In this document: positions 17,654 through 27,962 of the stretch, piece by piece
How the letters are laid out: each line of letters starts with the position of its first letter
Numbering within the stretch: the stretch's first letter is position 1
NCBI GenBank assembly: GCA_016201795.1
Contig: JACQCF010000022.1
Coordinates: 1-57,072 of the forward strand
Direction of reading: 5' to 3'
Length of the DNA: 57,072 bases
From: Candidatus Omnitrophota bacterium
GTDB taxonomy: Bacteria > Omnitrophota > Gorgyraeia > Zapsychrales > Fredricksoniimonadaceae
Notes under the pieces: generated by a model
Told to the model about the DNA's origin: nothing
Databases searched by the model: none
What the model saw: only the letters and a program-made list of their open reading frames with translations
Translations under genes and position numbers: made by a program

Positions 17654-18616
17654 ATGCGACGAACAGGGTCTATTTTTATTTTGACCTTTTTGGGCTGGCA
17701 GGTAAGTTCTCTGGCGCAGATGGATTTGTCGGTGGCTGCCAGTTTGTCCCCTGCGGTGGTGGGCCAATCGATTGGACAAAGGACCGCAGAGGCGACATCC
17801 GATGACACGCCTCAGTGGCGATTGACGTTGGGCGTGATTGAAGCCGAGGCCCGGGTATTGATGAGAAAAAATGCCCGGCTGGTGGCGGAAAATGATTTTT
17901 TGACTCGAGAATATAACAAATTACAGGATGAGCTCAGCTGGCGGCAGAAAAAAAACAAAGCCTTGCCAGAATCGTCGAAGAAAAGCAATGGTCCGATGGA
18001 TCAGCAGAGGCGTATCGATGAATTGAGGGATCAAATAAACACCAAAAAAGTTGAGGTTTCCCGACTAAAACAAGAATTGGCCAAACTGCCAAAAAAAGGA
18101 TCTCATAGGCAGCAGCAGGCTTCCTTGGAGCCCGACCAGCAGTTGAATCAGCAGTTAAAGCAAGAGAAAGATCAAGAGGATTTTCTGCAGAAGCAATTGG
18201 CGGATTTAAAACAAGATCAGCCTATCGTAGGGGAAGGCCAGTTTAAATCTTTAAAGGCTCAATTAAAGGCGTTGCAAAAGCAAAAAGAACAGTTACAGAA
18301 GAAAGTTGCCGTCGGTGACAGTCAGACCAAGGGGGGGCTCTATGGTCAGCTGAGTTTAAAGAAGATGGTGCTGGAAGACAAGATTCAGAAATTTGAAGTG
18401 CAGTTAACTCATCTGAGAAAAGCGTCGGCGTTGAAGTTCTCCTGGAGCCAGGAGAGAAAACAATTGATTCACCAGATGACTCAAGCTGATAGCCACAACA
18501 TACGGCTGCACCGGCAAGTTGAACACTTGCGCGAAAATATTGCGCTTTTAAAAAATCAGGTGGCCATCCTGGAGTATCGAAAAGATTCCAACGATGGCTC
18601 TGACCATACAAAATAG
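17654..18616 (+). CDS. Secreted coiled-coil protein of unknown function
   Basis: Signal-peptide-like N-terminus followed by long K/Q/E/L-rich heptad sequence. Confidence 0.7.
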   Translation: MRRTGSIFILTFLGWQVSSLAQMDLSVAASLSPAVVGQSIGQRTAEATSDDTPQWRLTLGVIEAEARVLMRKNARLVAENDFLTREYNKLQDELSWRQKKNKALPESSKKSNGPMDQQRRIDELRDQINTKKVEVSRLKQELAKLPKKGSHRQQQASLEPDQQLNQQLKQEKDQEDFLQKQLADLKQDQPIVGEGQFKSLKAQLKALQKQKEQLQKKVAVGDSQTKGGLYGQLSLKKMVLEDKIQKFEVQLTHLRKASALKFSWSQERKQLIHQMTQADSHNIRLHRQVEHLRENIALLKNQVAILEYRKDSNDGSDHTK

Positions 18617-18627
18617 GAGAGCAGAGT

Positions 18628-18963
18628 ATGCGTAAAACCGCTGTTAATACCGCCGCCGCGGTGAGTGCTTTGATCGAGGTATCCATTACCCCACAAAAAG
18701 ACGTGGGCTTTGACAATATCGCCGAGAGGATTTATCGATTCCCGGAAGTCAAAAGCTGTTATCTGGTTTCCGGCGGATACGACCTGTTGGTGGTCGTCGA
18801 TGGAGATAATATACAAATCATAGCCGAGTTCGTAGCGGCCAAACTCTCATCGATGCAAAATGTCAGACAAACCACCACCCATTTTCTGTTGAAGAAGTAC
18901 AAAGAAGAAGGGCAAATTTTAAAACAGCCTCGGGATGAGAAAAGGCAGAATATTTCGTATTAA
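18628..18963 (+). CDS. Lrp/AsnC ligand-binding domain protein lacking the HTH
   Basis: ALIEV..TPQ...GFD.IAERIY.FPEV...YLVSGGYDL...THF.LKKYK typical of AlaR/YugG-like regulators; AGGAGA RBS. Confidence 0.8.
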   Translation: MRKTAVNTAAAVSALIEVSITPQKDVGFDNIAERIYRFPEVKSCYLVSGGYDLLVVVDGDNIQIIAEFVAAKLSSMQNVRQTTTHFLLKKYKEEGQILKQPRDEKRQNISY

Positions 18964-18972
18964 GGATTTTCA

Positions 18973-20139
18973 ATGCGCATTTCCAAAAAAGTAGACGCTT
19001 TAGCCCCGTCGGGTATCAGGGCTTTTTTTGATTTAGTCTTAGGCATGAAGGATGTTATCTCCTTGGGGGTGGGAGAGCCCGACTTTGTCACACCCTGGCA
19101 TGTGCGTGAGCGCGCCATCCAATCCCTCGAGCAGGGTTTTACCTCATACACCTCCAACAAAGGCATGGTCGAGCTGCGCCAGGAAATTGCGGCGTTTCTC
19201 AAAAACCGTCACGACCTATCCTATGATCCAGAGGAAGAAACGCTCATTACCGTCGGTGTCAGCGAAGGGCTGGATTTGGCCATGCGGGCGATCATTAACA
19301 GCGGTGATAAAATTTTAATTCCCGAACCTTCTTATGTGGCTTACGGGCCGGTGGCGGAATTAGCTGGCGGCATACCCGTATTTTTACCCACGTCCATTGA
19401 AACCGGTTTTAAAATCACTCCTGAGCTCATTGAGTCGGCGATCACTAAACAGGTGAAGGGTCTTTTGCTTAATTACCCTTCCAATCCCACGGGAGTTTCT
19501 TATTCGAGAAAAGAGCTGGAGGCCATTGCCAACGTCGTCAAAAAGCACAATTTGATTCTTATTAGCGACGAGATTTATGATGAGTTAACTTATGATTTCG
19601 ATCATACACCGATGGCCACTTTACCTGACATGAAACAGCGGGTGGTGTATCTTAACGGTCTCTCTAAATCTTACGCCATGACGGGTTTCCGCATCGGATA
19701 TGTCTGCGGCCCTAAAGATATCGTGGGGGCCATGACCAAAATTCATCAGTACACCATATTGTGCGCTCCCATCACAGGACAGATGGCGGCCATTGAAGCG
19801 TTGAAAAACAGCGTTAAAGATATCGCGGCGATGAAAAAAGAGTATGCCAGGCGGCGCGATTTTATCGTGGAAGCGTTAAATCAGATAGGACTCGAGTGTC
19901 ATAAGCCGCAAGGGGCTTTTTATGTGTTTCCTTCTGTGAAATCCACGGGGGAAAGCTCGATGGATTTTGCCAAACATTTGCTGGGGCAGCAAAAAGTGGC
20001 GCTGGTGCCGGGAGTGGCTTTTGGTCGCTGTTGCGCGGATCATGTGCGTATTTCGTACGCCTCCAGTTATGAGAATTTACAGGAGGCGGTGGCCCGTATT
20101 CAAATCTATCTGAAGAATAGAAAGCGGAGGTTATCTTGA
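18973..20139 (+). CDS. Class I/II PLP aminotransferase (AlaT/YugH-like)
   Basis: SLGVGEPDF, NYPSNPTG, SDEIY, NGLSKSYAMTGFRIG. Confidence 0.92.
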   Translation: MRISKKVDALAPSGIRAFFDLVLGMKDVISLGVGEPDFVTPWHVRERAIQSLEQGFTSYTSNKGMVELRQEIAAFLKNRHDLSYDPEEETLITVGVSEGLDLAMRAIINSGDKILIPEPSYVAYGPVAELAGGIPVFLPTSIETGFKITPELIESAITKQVKGLLLNYPSNPTGVSYSRKELEAIANVVKKHNLILISDEIYDELTYDFDHTPMATLPDMKQRVVYLNGLSKSYAMTGFRIGYVCGPKDIVGAMTKIHQYTILCAPITGQMAAIEALKNSVKDIAAMKKEYARRRDFIVEALNQIGLECHKPQGAFYVFPSVKSTGESSMDFAKHLLGQQKVALVPGVAFGRCCADHVRISYASSYENLQEAVARIQIYLKNRKRRLS

Positions 20140-20549
20140 GAAAAGAACATGCGCCTAAAGTATGCCGCAAAAGAGATGACGTTGAATTTGAAATCGCCTT
20201 TTACGAGAATATTCTTAAAGAAACGCCTGATTTTATCGAAGCCCTCATGGCCATAGGGGAGTTGTATACCAGAGCCGGTTTTTGGCAAAAAGGCCTTGAA
20301 GTGGATTTAAAGCTCACCCGCTTGCGTCCCGACGACGCGATTATTTTTTACAATTTAGCCTGTTCTTACGCGCTTTTAAATCAAACGCGCTTAAGTTTAT
20401 CCTCTATCTCGAAGGCTATTGAGTTTGGTTACCATGATTTCAAACATCTGCACCAGGACCCTGATCTGGAAAATTTGCTCAAAGACGAACAGGTGCAGGA
20501 ATTTTTAGCGCAGATCGAAAAAAAAAGAAAAACATCGAAGAAATTTTAA
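20136..20549 (+). CDS. TPR-like helical protein
   Basis: ALMAIGELY, YNLACSYAL, AIEFGY, D.D...L pattern; start uncertain. Confidence 0.7.
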   Translation: MRKEHAPKVCRKRDDVEFEIAFYENILKETPDFIEALMAIGELYTRAGFWQKGLEVDLKLTRLRPDDAIIFYNLACSYALLNQTRLSLSSISKAIEFGYHDFKHLHQDPDLENLLKDEQVQEFLAQIEKKRKTSKKF

Positions 20550-20559
20550 AAACAAGTCT

Positions 20560-23346
20560 ATGTTCCAAAGAACTTTTCTTGGTGCTTTGTTGTTTTGTTG
20601 CGCTGCCTCCTTAGCAGCGGCGGGTGAGCTGCCGCGTTATCAGATTCAAGCCACACTCGACACTGCTTTAAAAACAATCACCGCCACCCAAAGGGTGACC
20701 TTCACCAACAATACCAGCCAGCCGATGAGTGATGTGTATTTTCATGTTTATTCCAACCGCCAGTACACGCCGCTGGAGCGCTCCTTTATGCTGCGTTATG
20801 CCAGTTATTTTAAGGTGGATCCGCCGCCGCATTTTACCGAGAATCATTTTAAAATTTCTCGTCTCCAAGTCGATGCGCTCGATGCGAGTTTTTCTTTTGA
20901 GGGTAAAGATCAAACTCTTTTGAGAATTCCTTTGAAGACGCCGCTGGCTGCCGGAGCCAGCACGACGGTTGCCATGGATTTTACCTTAACGGTGCCGCAT
21001 AGCTTCGGCCGCTTCGGCTGGTATCAGGACATTATGGCCTTGGCCCGCTGGTATCCGATCCTTTCGGTATGGGGGCCGCAGGGCTGGGACCAAAGCCCGT
21101 TTTATCCTTTTCACCGTCCGTTTTTTTCTGATGCTTCCCTCTATACGGTGGATGTCACCGTGCCGGCTGCCAATACCGTGATTCACTCCGGAGATTTAAT
21201 CAATGAAACCATCGACGGAAATAACAAAAAACTTCATATCGAAACACCAAAACCTATCCGTGAGTTTGCGATGGCCATAAGCCCGTCTTATCACGCTTAC
21301 GAAGCAGACAAGGACGGTATTACCTTCAAGGCTTATTATCTAGACGGTAACATCGATCACGCGAAATTGGCGGTTAAAGATGCCCAGGATTTAATGGCCT
21401 ATTACACCAAACGTTTCGGGCCGTATCCCTACAGGACTTTTAGCATCGCGCCGGTTCATTTGGCTTATGGCGGTGAGCAAATGTCGAACATGATTTTTAT
21501 CGACACGCGGGTTTTTGAATTACCCCGATTCCTGGATCGTTATTTTGATTTTCTGGTGGCCCACGAAACCGGCCATCAATGGTTTTACAATCTCATCGGG
21601 GTTGACGATTACACGCAGATGTGGCTGGAGGAAGGTATCAATTCTTATTTTTTAATGGAGTACATTTCCGATAAATATGGTCCTGATGCGAAAATTGTTG
21701 AGCTGCCTCCATGGGCCAAAATTTTAGTGCCAGAGCTTTCCTTTCGACGGGCGCAGGATGTGCGTTATAAAATGTCCACCCGTTTTGGTTTTGAGCAGCC
21801 GGTCATTGACAAACTTTCCAGTTTTAAAGAACCCAGCAGTATTTTTACCTTCACTTACGGCAAAGGCTCCAGGGTTCTGCAGATGCTCAAATACCTCGTC
21901 GGGAATGAGGCGTTTGAACGCATCTTCCGGAAGATTTTTGAGCAATACAGTTTTAAAAATCTGGATATTGAAGATTTCAAGCGTATTGCCCAAGAAGAAA
22001 GTTCTAAAGACCTGACAGGCTTTTTTGAGCAATGGCTTTATACGATCAAGACTCTAGATGTCAGGGTTGAGCGTATCAAAGGCCGTTCGATTTTTGTATC
22101 CCGTCGAGGCATTTCAATGCCGACCGATGTTGATATTCATTATAAAGATGGCAGCCAGGATCATATGATCTGGAGGGGGGTGCGTGAAAAGGATATTTTA
22201 ACAGCCCCCTTGGATAAACCTATTTCTTTGGTGACGCTGGATCCCAACAAAGAGCTTTTGGATATTGATCGTGTCAATAACAGCCTGCCGCGCAAAATTC
22301 ATATGAAATTCGTGCCGCTGTATCATGGGCTGTACGACATTCCGGTCTTTTTACCCGACGATGGCTATAACTGGGTCACCGGGCCTACGATTGCCGACGG
22401 CATAGGTATGAAGACATCTTTTCAAAAGCCTTATGACTACAATGTTTACGCCCAAAGCGGCTATAATCCCAATAACAAGTTTCAAATCACTCGCGAAGGC
22501 ATCGAGATTAAAAATATTTTGCATTCCCAGACGACTTTTGGGGTGGAGGCCATGCAGAGAGTGGATGATGACAATGGCGAAGATGATCTCAACAGTCAAA
22601 AAGTTTATCTGCGTCGGGAATTGTGGCCGGCGCCCTACAGCCTGACGGATATCAATGATCATATGACGTTGTACGCTATTCGTAATCGTACTCCCAGCGG
22701 CTCTTTCTTCTCGTCAGAAAGTATCCGTAACACCTCTTACCTTAAGCACAATGAGGCTATCATCGGGACGGTTTTGCATTTAGACCGCGCCGGGCCGCAT
22801 CCGGATATGCGTCAAGGTTATGTGGCGGATCTTTTGGTGGAAAATTCCGGCCATTGGGCAGGGGCCACGCAGACCTTTACCCGGGCCAGTATCGATACCA
22901 GTTTTTATCATCCGGTTATTGGAGAAAGTAAGATGGCGTATCGGCTTAAATATGGATGGGGATCTTCCGACGACAAGAATTTATTTGAACTGGGAGGGCC
23001 TGAAGGTTTACGCGGCTTTGACCGCAAAACCATTCGGGGAGCCAATGCGCTTTTGGGCAGTACGGAATATCGTTTCCCCTTACTCGATAACCTTCATCTG
23101 AATACTTATGACCATGCGCTGACTTTAAATAAAATCTCCGGCGTGGTGTTTTTTGATGCCGGACGGGCATGGTATGATCATTATGAGGACACGCATTTTC
23201 ACAAAGATGTCGGTGCCGGCCTGCGTTTTCATGTGAGCATTGGCTCATTCTTGGAAAATGTCATGGTACGTTTGGATGTGGCGCATGCCATCGCCGAGAG
23301 CAAACAAGACACTCATGCGTGGATGGGGATCGACCAGGCGTTTTAA
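20560..23346 (+). CDS. M1-family zinc metallopeptidase fused to a C-terminal Omp85-family beta-barrel
   Basis: Signal peptide; HETGHQWF...WLEEG and distal YGKG (M1); C-terminal [35 protein letters not shown] and terminal Phe (Omp85 barrel). Confidence 0.85.
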   Translation: MFQRTFLGALLFCCAASLAAAGELPRYQIQATLDTALKTITATQRVTFTNNTSQPMSDVYFHVYSNRQYTPLERSFMLRYASYFKVDPPPHFTENHFKISRLQVDALDASFSFEGKDQTLLRIPLKTPLAAGASTTVAMDFTLTVPHSFGRFGWYQDIMALARWYPILSVWGPQGWDQSPFYPFHRPFFSDASLYTVDVTVPAANTVIHSGDLINETIDGNNKKLHIETPKPIREFAMAISPSYHAYEADKDGITFKAYYLDGNIDHAKLAVKDAQDLMAYYTKRFGPYPYRTFSIAPVHLAYGGEQMSNMIFIDTRVFELPRFLDRYFDFLVAHETGHQWFYNLIGVDDYTQMWLEEGINSYFLMEYISDKYGPDAKIVELPPWAKILVPELSFRRAQDVRYKMSTRFGFEQPVIDKLSSFKEPSSIFTFTYGKGSRVLQMLKYLVGNEAFERIFRKIFEQYSFKNLDIEDFKRIAQEESSKDLTGFFEQWLYTIKTLDVRVERIKGRSIFVSRRGISMPTDVDIHYKDGSQDHMIWRGVREKDILTAPLDKPISLVTLDPNKELLDIDRVNNSLPRKIHMKFVPLYHGLYDIPVFLPDDGYNWVTGPTIADGIGMKTSFQKPYDYNVYAQSGYNPNNKFQITREGIEIKNILHSQTTFGVEAMQRVDDDNGEDDLNSQKVYLRRELWPAPYSLTDINDHMTLYAIRNRTPSGSFFSSESIRNTSYLKHNEAIIGTVLHLDRAGPHPDMRQGYVADLLVENSGHWAGATQTFTRASIDTSFYHPVIGESKMAYRLKYGWGSSDDKNLFELGGPEGLRGFDRKTIRGANALLGSTEYRFPLLDNLHLNTYDHALTLNKISGVVFFDAGRAWYDHYEDTHFHKDVGAGLRFHVSIGSFLENVMVRLDVAHAIAESKQDTHAWMGIDQAF

Positions 23347-23350
23347 TGAT

Positions 23351-23770
23351 ATGAGACAGTATCGCGAAGAATTGTGGTTTCACACTAAAACCCGTCGGGC
23401 ATACATTAATATCACCGACAAAGTCCAGGCGGCGATTGATAAAAGCGGCATCAAGGAGGGTTTGTGCCTGGTCAATGCCATGCACATCTCCGCCAGCGTT
23501 TACATCAACGATGATGAAAGCGGGCTGCTGCAGGATTATGATGATTGGCTGGAGAAATTGGCGCCCCATGAACCCATCAGCCAGTACCGGCATAACCGCA
23601 CCGGCGAGGATAATGCGGATGCCCATCTGAAACGTCAGATCATGGGCCGAGAAGTGACGGTGGCCATCACCAAAGGCAAATTGGATTTTGGGCCGTGGGA
23701 ACAAATTTTTTACGGTGAATTCGACGGTCGTCGGGATAAGAGAGTTTTGATCAAAATTATAGGGGAGTAA
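23351..23770 (+). CDS. YjbQ/UPF0047-family protein
   Basis: [41 protein letters not shown]; probable start ATG 23351. Confidence 0.9.
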   Translation: MRQYREELWFHTKTRRAYINITDKVQAAIDKSGIKEGLCLVNAMHISASVYINDDESGLLQDYDDWLEKLAPHEPISQYRHNRTGEDNADAHLKRQIMGREVTVAITKGKLDFGPWEQIFYGEFDGRRDKRVLIKIIGE

Positions 23771-23773
23771 TTG

Positions 23774-24676
23774 ATGAGTTTAATTGTTTTAGGAACCGTC
23801 GCTTTAGATCACGTCAAAACACCCTCGGGAACAAAGAAAGATATGCTGGGCGGTTCCGCCGCGCATTTTGCCATGTCCGCCCGCCTTTTTACCCAGGTGC
23901 ATCTGGTGGCCGTCGTCGGCAGAGATTTTCCCTCCAGACATTTGGATTTCTTAAATCGTCAAGGGATTGATTTGACATCGCTGAAAGTGGGAACCGGCAA
24001 AACCTTTCGCTGGAGAGGAGAATATAAAAAAGGAGATTTCAATACCGCTTTGACGTTATCGACCCAACTTGGCGTGCTGGAAAACTATGTGCCCCAGATT
24101 GCCGATTATCAGCGGCATTTGCCTAACGTGTTTTTAGCCAACTTCGATCCTGATCTGCAAATGAAATTGCTGTCGCATTTAAAAAAGCCGGAGCTCATTG
24201 GGCTCGACAGCATGAATTTGTGGATTACGCATAAACTCAAATCGCTTAAGAAACTTATAAAACAGGTGGATTTGTTTGTGGCCAATGATGCTGAGGCACG
24301 TGCCTTAACCGGGGAGTATAATCTGATTATGGCGGCCAAACGCCTGCGTGCAATGGGACCAAGATTGATTGTGGTCAAAAAAGGCGAGCACGGTGTTTTT
24401 TTCTACAGCGACAAATTCATGTTTTCTTTTCCCGCCTACCCGGTAGAAAAAGTTTTGGATCCGACGGGTGCGGGGGACACTTTTGCCGGCGGGCTCATGG
24501 GTTATTTAAGCAAAGTACGCAAAGTCGATGAAAAGAGTTTACGCCAAGCACTGCTTTATGCCACGACCGTTGCTTCTTTTAACGTGCAGGGTTTTGGCAT
24601 GGGGCGTACCGCTTCTTTGACCATGCGTGAGGTACGGGAGCGCATGAAACGTTTAATCAGATTTTTTACGGTGTAA
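23774..24676 (+). CDS. PfkB-family carbohydrate kinase
   Basis: GGSAAHF, N..EA, KKGEHG, DPTGAGDTFAGG. Confidence 0.92.
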   Translation: MSLIVLGTVALDHVKTPSGTKKDMLGGSAAHFAMSARLFTQVHLVAVVGRDFPSRHLDFLNRQGIDLTSLKVGTGKTFRWRGEYKKGDFNTALTLSTQLGVLENYVPQIADYQRHLPNVFLANFDPDLQMKLLSHLKKPELIGLDSMNLWITHKLKSLKKLIKQVDLFVANDAEARALTGEYNLIMAAKRLRAMGPRLIVVKKGEHGVFFYSDKFMFSFPAYPVEKVLDPTGAGDTFAGGLMGYLSKVRKVDEKSLRQALLYATTVASFNVQGFGMGRTASLTMREVRERMKRLIRFFTV

Positions 24677-24690
24677 AAAAAGAGTCATCA

Positions 24691-24954
24691 ATGACGCTCA
24701 TTGAAAAAATTGGACTCGTGGCCTCAGTGTGTTTGCCGTTGTGGAATATTCCTTTAATCATGAATATTGTTCGACGCAAATCTTCGGCGGATTTATCACT
24801 GGTGTGGGTGACAGGCGTGTGGGTATGTTCGCTTCTGATGCTGCCCTCGGGGATCGTATCGAAAGATATTTTATGGAAGATGTTTAGTGTGGTGAATATC
24901 ACATTATTTACAGGGGTGATGATCGTTGCCTTCAAATACCGAAAACGCCCATAG
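24691..24954 (+). CDS. SemiSWEET/PQ-loop-like small membrane protein
   Basis: 87 aa, three hydrophobic helices, P.I....R.KSS.DLS motif. Confidence 0.7.
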   Translation: MTLIEKIGLVASVCLPLWNIPLIMNIVRRKSSADLSLVWVTGVWVCSLLMLPSGIVSKDILWKMFSVVNITLFTGVMIVAFKYRKRP

Positions 24955-25861
24955 GATAACCAAATGCGGGACGGTTGCCATCATCGGCCGACCTAATGTG
25001 GGTAAATCCACGCTTTTAAACGCGCTTTTAGGCGAGAAGATTTCCATTGTCTCGGATGTGCCGCAAACCACCCGGCAGCAAATTCGCGGCATTTATACCG
25101 ACGAGCGCGGGCAGATCATTTTTATTGACACGCCCGGTTTTCATGTAGGCCGCGATTCTTTGGATAAATACATGAACCGTGCCTCCAGGGGAGCTATGGG
25201 GGGCGTGGACTTAATTATTCATTTAGTGGATGCTAATGACCGTATCGGTCAGGAGGAGAGGCAGGTCATCGGTCAGCTCAAAGACTGCGGTAAAACAATC
25301 ATTGTCGGTTTTAATAAGGTGGATTTATCCAAGGGCAAATATATCCCCGACTATATTCAATTGTGGCAAGACATGCGCGGCAAGCCGGTAGGAGAAATGC
25401 CGGACTTGATTTTGTTTCCTCTTTCGGCCCTTAAAGGAACCAATGTGGACAAGCTCATCGGCGTGCTTTTTGAACATTTATCCGAAGGTCCTTTGCTTTA
25501 TCCACAGGATGTGATCACCGATTTGCCTCAGCGCATGGCCATGGCGGATATGATTCGCGAGAAATTTTTTTTGAAGATGAGAGAGGAAGTACCACACAGT
25601 TTGGCGGTCGTGATCGAACACGTTGCTCCCCGTCGAGGGAAGACGTTGCACATTCGAGCCGTAATTTTAGTTGAACGTGATTCACAAAAAGAAATTGTCA
25701 TTGGCAAAGGTGGCGCTGTTCTCAAAGAAGCTGGTACGGCGGCCAGGAAGGATTTGGAAGAGCTCATTGGCGGCAAAGTGTTCCTGGAACTTTTTGTCAA
25801 AATTCAAAATAACTGGCGTCAGGATCAAAGTATTTTAGAAGAAATGGGGTATGTCGTCTAA
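24926..25861 (+). CDS. era: GTPase Era
   Basis: GRPNVGKSTL, QTTR, DTPG, NKVD, EEVPHS, IVIGKGG KH domain. Confidence 0.96.
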   Translation: MPSNTENAHRITKCGTVAIIGRPNVGKSTLLNALLGEKISIVSDVPQTTRQQIRGIYTDERGQIIFIDTPGFHVGRDSLDKYMNRASRGAMGGVDLIIHLVDANDRIGQEERQVIGQLKDCGKTIIVGFNKVDLSKGKYIPDYIQLWQDMRGKPVGEMPDLILFPLSALKGTNVDKLIGVLFEHLSEGPLLYPQDVITDLPQRMAMADMIREKFFLKMREEVPHSLAVVIEHVAPRRGKTLHIRAVILVERDSQKEIVIGKGGAVLKEAGTAARKDLEELIGGKVFLELFVKIQNNWRQDQSILEEMGYVV

Positions 25862-25866
25862 CAGCT

Positions 25867-26526
25867 ATGTTGGATAATAAAAAAATTGCCGAGGTGATTA
25901 AGCGTCTTAAGGTGGCGATGCGCCACTTGCCGGATCCTTCGGTGACGCTGGTTGGAAAAAAATTCAAGAGTCCGTTTTTGGTGTTGATTTCATGTTTGTT
26001 GAGTTTGCGCACCAAAGATACGACGACCTTACCCGTTTGTGAAAAGCTTTTTGCCGGGATTAAGACGATCGACGGTTTCTTGAACACACCGGTCAAAGAA
26101 TTAGAGAAGTTGATTTATCCGGTCGGTTTTTATAAGACCAAGGCCAGACGTATTCATGAAATTTGTTATGATTTAAAGCATCGCTTCGACGGTAAAGTCC
26201 CGGATGATCTGGATCAATTGCTGACGCTTAAAGGAGTAGGACGCAAAACAGCCAATCTGGTTTTGACCGAAGGATTCGGCAAATTGGGCGTTTGCGTGGA
26301 CACGCATGTGCATCGCATCTCCAACAGGTTAGGGTATGTCAAAACCAAAAACCCCCACGAGACGGAATTTGCTTTGCGTAAAAAATTACCTACTCGATAC
26401 TGGATTGAGTATAATGCCCTCTTGGTCACCTGGGGACAGAATGTCTGTAAACCTATTTCGCCGTTGTGTTCGATGTGTCCGGTGAATAGGATTTGCGAAC
26501 GGCATAATGTTGATGTAAGCAGGTAG
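25867..26526 (+). CDS. nth: Endonuclease III
   Basis: HhH L.GVGRKTA, VDTHVHRI, C-terminal C-x6-C-x2-C-x5-C 4Fe-4S motif. Confidence 0.93.
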   Translation: MLDNKKIAEVIKRLKVAMRHLPDPSVTLVGKKFKSPFLVLISCLLSLRTKDTTTLPVCEKLFAGIKTIDGFLNTPVKELEKLIYPVGFYKTKARRIHEICYDLKHRFDGKVPDDLDQLLTLKGVGRKTANLVLTEGFGKLGVCVDTHVHRISNRLGYVKTKNPHETEFALRKKLPTRYWIEYNALLVTWGQNVCKPISPLCSMCPVNRICERHNVDVSR

Positions 26527-26550
26527 GGGCGGGGTCAACCCCGTCCGTAC
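26523..26550. repeat. GTAG-type REP-like hairpin
   Basis: GTAG-gggcgggg-tcaa-ccccgtcc-GTAC; its GTAG contains the nth stop codon. Confidence 0.7.
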
Positions 26551-26562
26551 AGGACAAATGTT

Positions 26563-27852
26563 ATGAAGTTATTTTTATACTTCTCAGAAATCATTGGATT
26601 GGATATCCTCGATGCTCAAGGCGAGTGGGCGGGGACCCTGCATGATATTGCCATGAATCCGCAGGGCGATATTTATCCTAAAGCCACCCAGCTGGTCATC
26701 AGACGCGGCCTTATGACCAAAGAATACGCGCTGGTGCCCTGGAATGATTTAGCCTATATCGAAAATGAAGCCCGTCTTAAACTCAGTACCCCCCAGATTC
26801 AATTTCAAAGAACACCTTTTAAATGCGATTTTACCCTGCGGCGGGATATTTTGGATCAGCAGATTGTAGATACGGATAACCAAAAAGTCGAGCGGGTCAA
26901 TGATATTCATCTGCTGCGGGTGGAAAATCAGCTTTACGCGGCGCACGTGGACGTAGGTTTGCGGGCGCTGGTGCGTCGTCTGGAATGGACGGCTCTGGTG
27001 GATATCCTGGTGAAATTGCTTCGGCCCCGATCGCCGTATCTGACGCAGGAAGAACTGGTCCCGTGGAAAAATACGCAGGTGCTGCCGAAATTGGGACGCA
27101 TGAAAAGTGTGGTGCGTCTCGATGTGACCAAAAGTAAACTCTCCGGTATTCCACCGGCGGCTTTAGCCGAGATCATGCAGGATCTGGATGTTTTTGCGCG
27201 CACTTCTTTATTTAAATCGTTCGAGGGAAATTTACAGCCCAAAGTATTTACGGATATGTCTATGGCGGCCAAGCAGGAGTTGATTGATCAGCTCGATGAA
27301 AGGGATGTAGCGCAGCTAATTTCTAATATCCCCGCAGATGAAGCCACCGACGTCTTGATGAAACTGCCTCGTCACAAAACCCAGCAGTTTATGCGTTTGA
27401 TGGAGACACAGACCAGCAAAAAATTGCGCAAACTTTTAGGATTTGCCGGAAATTCTGCCGGTGGTTTGATGACCACCGAATATCTTTATCTTAAACAAGA
27501 TGCGACGGTCGCCGATGGCTGGCAGAAGATCAAAGATAACGCCAACGCTCAGGTGAGTATTTTCTTTTTGTATATCGTCGATGAAAATCACAAATATTTA
27601 GGCACCACCTCCTTGAGACGTTTTATCAATGAAGATTCATCGACTCCTTTAATGAAAACTTGTTATCATGAACATGTGTATGTTTATACCGATGCCGGCA
27701 TGGAAGAGGTGGCGCTTCTTCTGGAGCGTTATAAGTTTTCTTCTTTGCCGGTGCTTAACCGCGACGATATTTTGCAGGGGGTTATTACCATCGACGACGT
27801 TTTGGAGGAGCTCATTTCTCTGGCCTGGAGCAAATACAAGAAAAAGTTATAA
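26563..27852 (+). CDS. PRC-barrel / MgtE-N / CBS protein (MgtE cytosolic region only)
   Basis: D..LD.QIVD....KV.RVND, AGGLMTTEY, YIVDE, LPVLN...L.G.ITIDD; no transmembrane domain. Confidence 0.8.
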   Translation: MKLFLYFSEIIGLDILDAQGEWAGTLHDIAMNPQGDIYPKATQLVIRRGLMTKEYALVPWNDLAYIENEARLKLSTPQIQFQRTPFKCDFTLRRDILDQQIVDTDNQKVERVNDIHLLRVENQLYAAHVDVGLRALVRRLEWTALVDILVKLLRPRSPYLTQEELVPWKNTQVLPKLGRMKSVVRLDVTKSKLSGIPPAALAEIMQDLDVFARTSLFKSFEGNLQPKVFTDMSMAAKQELIDQLDERDVAQLISNIPADEATDVLMKLPRHKTQQFMRLMETQTSKKLRKLLGFAGNSAGGLMTTEYLYLKQDATVADGWQKIKDNANAQVSIFFLYIVDENHKYLGTTSLRRFINEDSSTPLMKTCYHEHVYVYTDAGMEEVALLLERYKFSSLPVLNRDDILQGVITIDDVLEELISLAWSKYKKKL

Positions 27853-27962
27853 AAATCCATACCTTTGACTATATATCTTATGCTTGACTTTTACTACGGC
27901 ACATGTTAAAAAAACATGTGTTTTTTAATGCAAATTTTATTATTTTTGTTACATTTTAATTG

